Shown here in pieces: positions 54,701 to 64,000 of a DNA stretch of 64,000 nt; position 1 is the stretch's first letter; the number at the start of each line of letters is the position of its first letter. Location of the stretch: the NCBI GenBank assembly GCA_002633005.1, contig NMRA01000229.1, positions 169,371 to 233,370 of the forward strand, written 5' to 3'. The position numbers and the translations under genes are program-made. The notes beneath the pieces are model-generated. The model saw nothing but the letters and a program-made list of their open reading frames with translations. It had not been told where the DNA came from and searched no databases. The stretch comes from Phoronis australis (taxonomy: Eukaryota; Animalia; Phoronida).

Positions 54701-54778
54701 ACACAAAATGACAATTGACATATAAGATATGGTGTAATGAATATGATACATTTTTGGTAAAAAATTCAATGACATATT

Positions 54779-55470
54779 TTAAGAAGTTTTTATGTTCAAT
54801 CCATGAGGTTCTATTGTATTAAGTTTGTCTATCCAATATTGTTCTCCTTTGAGTCTGTGAGGGGTACTATGGTGTTTGGAGTTTTTCTATTATTTGTACA
54901 GAAAGATCTTGAATATTATGGTTTTTGGAATTGAAATGGTTACCTATAGTATCAGAAATGTTTTTATGTATTATGTTAAATCTATGATTACGAATCCGAG
55001 TTTGTAGATTATGTTGAGTTGTCCTACGTACTGGATAGAACATTTTTTACAAGTTATAAGGTAAATAATATTGTTGGTGGTGCAATCAGAATAATGTTTT
55101 ATTTCAAAGTTTTCATTGGTTTGGGAAGACTGGAAAAAAGTGCTATCGTTGATGAAGTTACACATTTTACACCTAGTTGTGTTACATTGTGTGTTGCCAA
55201 TACGTTTGTCAGTTTGGTGTATATTGTCGATATTAGCTTTAACTAAATAATTTTTTAGATTTTTACATTTTCTCCAAAAAATTATAGGTGGATGAGGAAA
55301 AAGGTTTTTCATTTGAGGGGAAATATGCAGCGTAGAAAGATGTTTTTTGAAGACGTGGCTAATTCCGTTTAAACATGGATTGAACATAGTTATGAATGGT
55401 ATTCTATTAGTAGTATTGCCTTTAGTTTTAGTTTTAGTTCTTAAAGATTCATTTAAAGTACGCCTCTTTA
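54779..55470 (-). mobile_element. Penelope-like retroelement fragment (RT thumb/linker plus GIY-YIG endonuclease), frameshifted
   Basis: RIPFITMFNP, PPIIFWRKCKNLKNYLVKA, CxxxRCKMC, CTTNNIIYLITCKKCSIQYVGQ and, after a frameshift, RIRNHR, GNHFNSKNH, EQYWIDKLNTIEPHGLN: the characteristic PLE C-terminus. Confidence 0.9.
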
Positions 55471-58400
55471 AAGTACGCAACGTTTTCCTGTAAGCACTAA
55501 CACTGTACCAGGGACTCGCACGAGTGTGACGTTGTGCGTACTTTCGCCGTTTAGCCATTGCCTTGCGTCTACATATCGCACCTCCGATTTCAATGTTCAT
55601 AGCAATGTCAAAGTTCCTTAAAAATCCCGTCGTAGCATGAATATGACTTTCGAAATAAGCGGAGTCATCGTTATAATTTTAGGAGAAGGAGTGTGTTTTC
55701 GAAAATCAGGGAACTTCAGACCACCACATTACCAACTGGGGAGGACACAGCACGACTGTCGCACCCATGGTCATTTTTCTCACTCACAATCACGACTTAC
55801 GATCGATAAACTCGGGCTCATCGACTCAAAAAAGTCACCGCCAACCTCGGTGCCAGACGTATAAATCTTGACATGTGCATCCAGAAACGTAGGTCACGGA
55901 CCCGCAAACTGGTGCTCCTACTAAAGAGCACTGTTCAACGACTTCAAGTCCTTGTGAGGCATGCTAAGTGGCTGTTCCTGAATCAGATGTTTTGGGTGTG
56001 TATACGTTCGGACCCGTGAGCTGTGTTTGTACTAAGTTCATTCCGTGTTGATGGAATACGTTCACGAATGCGAAGACCACGTAGCTGTTGTTTTCAGTTC
56101 TTGATTCTTTTCTAAAGAAAATGTGAGTTGTATTCTTACTAAATTGTCCGGCTTGCAACATTCCGATCGCGCAAACTCGAACATGATCGTCGAACCTATC
56201 ATTCTCACGTGTTTTATTACAAGAACAACAACACAACGTTTTAAAACAGTCTGGGCACGAGTTTCCGCATACACGTGTGTCCACAACACGAAGCTTTCAA
56301 TCGCAAAACACAACTGTTGGTAAAATATTAAATACATTTCATACAAAATAAAGTTATATGTATTCATTTCCCACACGCCTCTGACATCCATTTAAAATGA
56401 AAGACGGAAATTATTCATATCCGTACAAATGGCCGAATCTAGGAGTTGGCGAAACTACAAGGCTGAAGAAATAAAAGAAGTTTCGCCGGTCAAAAATGTT
56501 ATCGATTGCAAACGAATGTTGCAGCATATCCGCCTAACGCTTTTTCTTTGTTGAGATGAAAGACGTTCTTATATGATAACTAATAGGTCAAATGAAGTGG
56601 AAACGCCCTTATCCGTGTTAATTAAGTCTTAATTAATTGATTTGTGGTTTTTGTAAGCTGTGATTGTGGATTTACAAACCAACGACGCGGAGAACGTGTT
56701 TGCTTAATATATGTAAATACTCTTCATACGCTGAGCTTTTTGGCTTGGACAATCACATTCCGATTTACGCGGTTTTATGTCAAATAAGTCACCGTTGCCG
56801 GTGTTTATCCGGACTTTTCATCATCATTGTTTAGTCGTTTGTCATCTCCGTTGTCTTTTACGTCACACTAATCATAGCGGTAGTTACCCTCACGCTACTA
56901 ATCATCAAAGCCTAAGTCTTGATCTGTCAGCCGCATTGCTATCAATATAAAATATTCTATCTAAACGCAATCGCACGGTGTTAACATTCGACGAACTAAA
57001 CGTCTTCATCAAGGATTTTAAGGTTCAATTAAATCAACCGTATCTCTATAATAAAAATTGAAGGGCCACGGCACCAATTTTTCAACTATTTTGAAAATAC
57101 AGAACGTTATGGAAGGTTAACAATCCGTATTTACAAAGGCTAACACCATCTGAGTATGGAAAGGTGCTTACAACAATGCGCGTCATTAAAGGGACATGAA
57201 CGTTTTTTTATGACCACTAAACACAATTTTGTGATTGCTGTTTAAAGCGATAGACTTTTTGAAGTTGTTAGCTTTAGCCACAGCTGTAAAACATTGACAT
57301 CCGTAGGGGATTTGCGATTTTACACGTCGTCAATTTTCGCCGTTATCTACCAGACATTCGCTGAAATCACGGCCGGTGAACCAGTTGAATACGCTTAAGA
57401 TACTCTGAAAAATACTGAGTAACATTCAATTCATCTAGCAGAACATTTGGCATCTACGCGAGAGCCAGGTTCGATTCTAACACTGCGACTACATGTACAT
57501 GTACTCTGATCTCAGTAAAGATGTGTTTTCTCGCCGTTGATGTCACTTTAAACGAATGTTCTTTGGATCGCCTGTCTGTATATTCGTACGTGTGTGCCTG
57601 TAGCTACTACATGGGCGGCGCACCTTAAGGGTCTGGGAGGGCTATAGACCCCACTTGAGCGCTACGCCGCCCGTGGTCTATGGGCGGTTCACCCGAGGGG
57701 TGCATCACCCATGACGTATGTATGTGTTTATATGTGTGTACCTGTGTACACGTGCAGTGAGATTGCACAACATACATGTATTGTGAATGTTTGTGTGTAT
57801 ACGTGTCTGGGTGTATTTATGTATGTATTCTAGCTTGAACTCGTGCTTCGCGATGATTTCCTACTTGTCACGGAGTTCCGACTCAAGTGAAGACCGTAGC
57901 GGTTAGGGACCCAACGTTTCCTATCACACTATTTCTGTCTGGTTCGTCTGACAACACCGGCTAGTTGCCGACCGCTCGGACAAACAATCGTGACGTGTGT
58001 TGCACATGAATGTCTCAAATACTTCCTGACATAACCGTTTCTGGACTTGATTGTTAATTGGGGCCATTGTCATCAACATACTCAAAGTCAGGCCTAAACA
58101 TGAATTTCTTAACGAGTTGCTTCTAGTGATAAAAATCATCTATGTTTGGGGATGATAGAGATTCTTTATACATCAAAATCGACAGAACTACATGTGTATT
58201 TCATTCAGTCTTTGGGCGATGGGCAGTATGCGAATGAATGCCGGGCCGTGGCTAACGGGTAAAGAGTATAAATGCAGAGGTTTCCAACATCTCGGGTGAG
58301 GCTCTCCGCCTATTATTTTCTAGATTGTAGGAGCATAACATAAATCTGAAACTTGCTCTGTTACGGTCTTTTAAGATCTTAAAAGGCTAAAGTTGCTCTT

Positions 58401-59470
58401 ACAAAAAATATAGATATATGTATCTCGAGACATTTACGACTGCAGGTACTTTGAGGAACTTGAAATCCTTAAAAAGTTACAGTTCTCAAAGAATCTCTGA
58501 TTCGCACAGCGAGTGAATTACAAAATGGTTAAGCTTCACATTTAGTGCTTTCCTAATAACTCTCGTCCAAAGAAATGCTTTTCTTAAGATTCTTTGGGTA
58601 ACAATTTTACAATCTTGACGCTATTGGTTGTCAGTTGCCAGTGCGTGTGTCGCGGCAATGACGAAAGTGGTCTTAAAGGGTAATGCCACACAAAAAACAA
58701 CCTATTTTGTATCAATTTAGATAGAGTAGGTCCACTCGATAACAGCAAGTTCAGTTGTTTTACCTGACACCTGACGGCAGACGGAGATGTTAAAATTAAC
58801 AGATGACGTAATCGGTTTGAACACAGTCTGTTCAGCCGCTTACTGGTGTCAACTTATAGCTTGAATCCATCGTTTTACATCAATAAATCATCAAATTTCG
58901 ATGTAAACCCTTACAAATACAGCGTGTTGAACAAATGTGTTTTATTTCACTGCTACGGATTTATACGTATTTGAACGTACATGTACATGTACGGTAGCCT
59001 ACAGAGTTCGATAGGCCAATTTACCATGGTCGATTGCGGGAGTTTGGGTCTGTTTGGTGATGAATTCGAACCACTCTTCCGTGAAATACAGACATGAAAG
59101 ATAACTAAGAGTTGTACTTTTAGACTTGCCTTTATTTTAGTTCTAAACACATATCACACTTGTTCTCACAGTTGGTGCCTCGATCGGATCCCGATCAGCG
59201 CTCGTCGCGGCGAGATCACAAACATCAACCAGCTTAAGCTGGAAACTAAACCTCCAGTCATGAAAAGACTATACTGATGAGCCAAAGAAATAATGTGCAC
59301 GTAATTATTTTGGTGAATTATCCACGAAATTGCAAATCTACTTACTTGTCGAGGACCGCAAAGTCAAGTTGCCCTTTTACAGAACCGTCAGGGCAAAAGT
59401 TTTGCAGTAACAATGTGAATAATATATTTGTATATCTAAATAAAGATTCTCCTAATATGTGACCATAGCT

Positions 59471-59477
59471 TATAAAA
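59471..59477 (+). promoter_or_regulatory. Candidate TATA box of the Cys-rich peptide precursor gene
   Basis: TATAAAA about 29 nt upstream of the candidate exon start at 59500 and 60 nt upstream of ATG 59531. Confidence 0.35.
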
Positions 59478-59530
59478 TCGAGTTATTGTTTCACAACAGG
59501 TTTCTGTCAGCAAATACTGAATTCAGTAGC

Positions 59531-59585
59531 ATGCGCTCACACGGCCTCGGTGCTCTGTCAATTACCTTTATTGCATCTGAAGCCG
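59531..59585 (+). CDS. Candidate first coding exon of the Cys-rich (orexin-like?) precursor
   Basis: agcATG, MRSHGLGALSITFIASEA, phase-1 donor CCG|gtaacg matching the phase-1 acceptor at 60052/60053. This exon could instead be 5' UTR. Confidence 0.35.
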
Positions 59586-60052
59586 GTAACGTAGTGGTTT
59601 ATTCATTACTGGCATCTCATAACATTCGCACTCACGAATGTTCCAAAGGCATTAAAACTTGTATCTAATAAGAAAGACTTTGTTTCAGTTTTATGTAAGC
59701 ATTGGTTAGGGTGAGAATAATTCAATTTGAAACAAACGCAGAATAATGATTAACGTCAACATGGCAACTCGCAATCCCGCCAGACGAGAGCTCATCCGAC
59801 GAAGACTTCGCAGGTGGATCGTTAAGTTTCACAGGCTCAGTTCGAACCGAAATACAGTGATCAACATGCGCGCGCCCAGCCTTCGATTTGGGGGGGATCG
59901 AATTCCTGACGTTGTGGACCTTTAGGTAACAAAAAGCGGGTGACCTAAAAAGAAAAGAAAAACGGTGGCATCACTGTGAATTGCGCGTTTGTGCCTGTTT
60001 AGCTGTTTAGGGGACTTTTATCTCATTCTCTCGGATTTCTTGTTTCTCGCAG

Positions 60053-60486
60053 GCGGACCTTTTTACCCACTTCGCCAAATGTGTTGCTCGTTCGAGCCCC
60101 CCGAGTGCGCGCATGATCAAGAAATACTAGAGAGGCGGCGTGAACATGCGCAGGCAACGGAACATATGGATAGTTCTTTGGTAACCCGGCATTCGTCAGA
60201 CTCATTGTCGACAGGACTGCCGGCCACGGACACGGAGATGTTTCACGGCCTCTTACTTGCTATTAACAGCGTACTTTTCATTCTTCACTGCCGCGAGCCA
60301 CTTCCTAAACACTTCGGACTCTCGAGGAAGTCGAGAAAAACGATATACTCACTTTCCTCGCAGCTGCATAGTTCGGACAAGCGGGAACGATGCACCGCAA
60401 CACAGCGGCTTTCACTCTGCAAATGTACCATGTCGCTGTGTCGTTTCTCACCTTCCTCACAGGTTAACGCGACACCTCTCGGCAAG
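60053..60486 (+). CDS. Candidate neuropeptide precursor exon encoding a 4-Cys, 32-residue putatively amidated peptide (orexin-like by inference)
   Basis: Strong acceptor tttcttgtttctcgcag and donor AAG|gtaagg; open over the whole 434-nt exon; internal ATG 60238 begins a hydrophobic MFHGLLLAINSVLFILHC; KR-ERCTATQRLSLCKCTMSLCRFSPSSQVNATPL-GK at 60379-60486. Confidence 0.5.
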
Positions 60487-63400
60487 GTAAGGTCTACCGT
60501 ATGCGAGGCGATGTGGATATAGACCGATTTAGACGGTAAAAAAATAGTTAAATCGGGTGGTATTCTCCTTTAAAGATTGCTAAACCTCAAACCTTCCGAT
60601 TTCATTCAATGCTATGTACTGTTAAAGTGCAACCTCACACAGTTCGCACTTAGGCCGTTTTCTCAGTCATTAGAAGAATTCCCGTCCATCGCAACTGCGT
60701 TACAACTCCATCGCAAATTTACTTACCTTTCCTACTAACTTGTATATGTACCGACACGTTGTTGTGAAGGTCAACCAAAAACACAAGAGCTTCGTTTGGC
60801 AATGTGATGTTTACTGAGAGAACGAAAACTGTTTTGTTATTATGCTGATTATGAGTCGTTATAGGCACCAATGGCAAATTTAACTTGGAAGTCACACATT
60901 TTCGTCGGCGCAGTTCGTGAACAGTTGGTGGTGGCATGATTTTTTCAAGATTAAACTTTATTCGGACGTCAAGGTTAGAAACAAAACTTTTGGCCAATTG
61001 TTTGTAATCAATCGTTTCAGTACTGAATGCTGATTCAGCGCTCACCAAAAAACCCTGACAAATTTCCGGCAAGCATTAATATGTATAAGTATTAAAAGAG
61101 AAACATCATCATCTATTATTATTTCTAATGTTGATAAGTTGATGCTTTGGTCGCAGTGTAACGCCTTTAGGAAAAAGTAACGTCAGAAGATTTTGGCATT
61201 TTGTTTTCATAGTTGTGTCCTTCGAACAAAAAGTGGTCACATCACATTGCAGGGATCACAGCTCAGTGCAAAAGCACCACGCGACTTGTAGTATCAAGGA
61301 ACCAATATTGGTAACAGCACGGGATTTCAAGTAAAAACTCATAGCTTTTATGTTACGATCATCAAGTGCAAACTAGGATTTTTAGAAAACCATCCAAGAA
61401 AATCTTTGCATACTTGAGCACAGAATTAAAGGGTCTTAACACCTATCTTTAGTTATAGCAGAAAATATCAAAAATAAAGTTTTATTTCCTGCATAAAGGT
61501 TAGACCCAGAATCAATGATAAATTTTTTTGGTCTTTCAAGGTTTAAAAATTGAAACTGAAATAAAATAATTTTGTGGGTGAGAATCCGATTGCAGAAACA
61601 ATATTGTTCAACATAATTTGGTCCCTAGAACACCCACTTAAGTACATGTTTCATGGACTTTTACCTGACTTTCCTTCTTAGTCCTAAAGTATCTTTAAGG
61701 GTTTAGTGACCAAGATATCTGTTGTTTTCTAACAATGAAGAAACACAAAAAGTGACTACAAGATTAATAATTGTACATTTTTACACAGTGGACACCAATT
61801 CGAAGATTTATTAATATAGAAAGAAGGGATACCCCAAGAATGCTACACCCCTCAATGTTATATTGGGACAGTAGATGGGTTGTTTCTGTAGATTTCAAGG
61901 GATGGGACAAATATTATGTAGCCTGGCAAGATATTAAAATCTGCAACTGTCTTACTCGAGGAAAGCCATCATTTTATATTCTGTCCTGTTTATGGTCTTC
62001 CGATACTTACAGTGTATTATTCCTGGGTGTGTAGGACAGGGCAATTAGAGTTTATGACCTTTGAATTTGTCATGTTTATTTTGTGACGGAGTGTTGTCAA
62101 TACAAATGTACCTAGTAACATACCTGTGTGCCAGTAAATTTCGGATCCAACTGATTTGAGGGATTAAATTAGAGTTGGTTGAAATCTGACTTTTGCTGAA
62201 GTGAAGTGCATGTAACAGTACGGTACAGTTACTTTGTACCAGCTAGACATTTCCCTTTTACTGTCACGGTGTGATTTTACTGCGTGATGGTGATATTTTG
62301 AAATAAATTATTGTCTGAAATGGTTACAGTATCTCAATGTGTTGTTTCTGCGTCAGCATTTTTTTGGCCTTCTCGTTCTGGATAGCCAATCAGATGGAAG
62401 TGTGCTTGTTATTGACAGAAAAAAAATCTGCTATTCCGCACATCATGGTCGGATATTGATTGGTGTAAAAATTAATATTGGAAGAATTATTCATGTGATT
62501 ACCTTTTTAAAACTCTATTTCCGCGGCGTGTTGTTTTACAACAGAGTCTATGAGACAACTGTATGAAGTGTGAGACCATGTCGTTTCAAACTGTAAAAAT
62601 TACCAGTTCACCATGCTAATGTAAATTAGGTACTAGGACAAGTACATGTACATGTAATACTAGATAGTTAAAGAAAAGTTAGTAGCGTATCACTGAAGTA
62701 ATTTTCCTTGAGACACCTCAGCACGCCTTACATGCGTTTTATTTTCTGAAAAAACGTATGGATGTTAATGTAATTATAACCTGAACTGGACAATTCCAAT
62801 CACCTTTCGGGAAATTGGGTCTGGGCAAATGCATACTTCGACCTCCGGCTTCGTCCGCCCGAGCAGTGGCGTTCACAGACACACGCGGCTAACCGATGTA
62901 TATGTGCTTGTCTTACCAACCAGTACAGGGTGTTTTTTGGTGTCGTGCATACTTCTTTTTTCATTGAGATACTTAATGTTAACATATCAGTTTCTATAAC
63001 TCTATCGTTTTGCAAAATTTTGCTCCCAACTTTTATTCAAACTGGCCTATGCCCTCAATTCCGAAAATGCATATGTACACAAAACATGTGCGGTTTCATT
63101 GGTCAACTGTTGCATGCAATGACATGACTTTACCTGCACGCATTCTGCTGTTTGTATGCTGATAGAATTTAATGGGTTTCTACTATTTTGTTGTACATAG
63201 TGTTCGAGTGTTTCACACGAACACATACCTCAAGTCTTTTTTAGAATAAACCAAGGGGCGTCAGATCATGGAAGTTTTAAACCCTTACCACAAACTTTGC
63301 GAATGCAGTGATGTAATGGGGCGCATGAGAGCGGCCCCCTTGACAGCTGATCGTCTTGTCGGTTTATAAACAACGAAAAAGTAACTATACAATTATAATG

Positions 63401-64000
63401 ACAAAAAGGTTAATCACTGTATAATACAGTGGCGGATATGGAATATCATAGAGGGGTGGAAACAATTATTTGTCTCGGTAAAATGCACAAAGCACGAATG
63501 CATGCACGCACGTCGAAACGTCCAATTTTCGTAGATGTGGACCTTCTAGTGAAACAAAGTCGGAGGAATAATATAAAAAACGGGCGGTCTTGATCGGCCC
63601 GGGACACTTGCAATGCGGTTCTGATCCTCCAGGCCGTATGTTGATTGATTAGTAAACTCAATATTTCATCACGCTCTTTCTGTTTTATTTTTGGGCAGCC
63701 AAGGGGGGAAGAGGGCGGGTTCCCTGCCCCCCTAACTCTGCCAATGTAATACCATTTTCTAAACTTTATACATTTCAGTGATTGTGTTTTCGACTGAGCC
63801 GGCGAAACCTCCCAGGCCCTAGCTAGCAGCACTGTGAGAATTTCAGCCAAAGCATTAGGAAATTTGTCTTTGCAATAGCTTATATGACCGTTTACGCAAT
63901 TGGTGGGTCACAGGTTTACATTGTTACCAATATTTTAAAACATCGTTAGTATTTAAAATTTTAAATTTTATTCTGAAAATTTTCCGGCTTCCATAAGGCC

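Noticed and set aside
59272-59295. CTGATGA...GAAA hammerhead-like cores (also near 56450)
   Set aside because: The required stems cannot be formed.
60185-60490. Alternative frame with hydrophobic YLLLTAYFSFFTAAS and EKR
   Set aside because: No ATG, a stop at 60182 just upstream, an odd Cys number after KR and no amidation signal; the other frame is open across the whole exon.

Overview
AT-rich, intron- and repeat-rich animal (invertebrate-like) genomic DNA with one assembly gap; the taxon cannot be fixed from the sequence. Most listed ORFs are spurious and the real genes appear only after manual splicing. (1) Minus strand, left end: the first three coding exons of a PDIA5/PDIR protein disulfide isomerase. 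(2) Plus strand 40348-48759: a three-coding-exon, 140-aa neuropeptide precursor with signal peptide, KR-IKAMKGTTWFGYGY-GKR and the allatotropin-type C-terminal domain (FPSVSMFIVDELIDINGDGQVDAEEL), which contains a canonical EF-hand loop. (3) About 11 kb downstream on the same strand: a candidate second precursor with a TATA box and two in-phase exons, encoding KR-ERCTATQRLSLCKCTMSLCRFSPSSQVNATPL-GK, a 4-Cys, probably amidated 32-mer reminiscent of orexins. The possible tandem allatotropin-like plus orexin-like locus is the most interesting signal. The rest is transposon debris: a decayed divergent P-element-type transposase between inverted repeats, a Penelope GIY-YIG fragment, a LINE 3' end, several MITE/foldback elements, satellites and a probable haplotype-duplication artefact.
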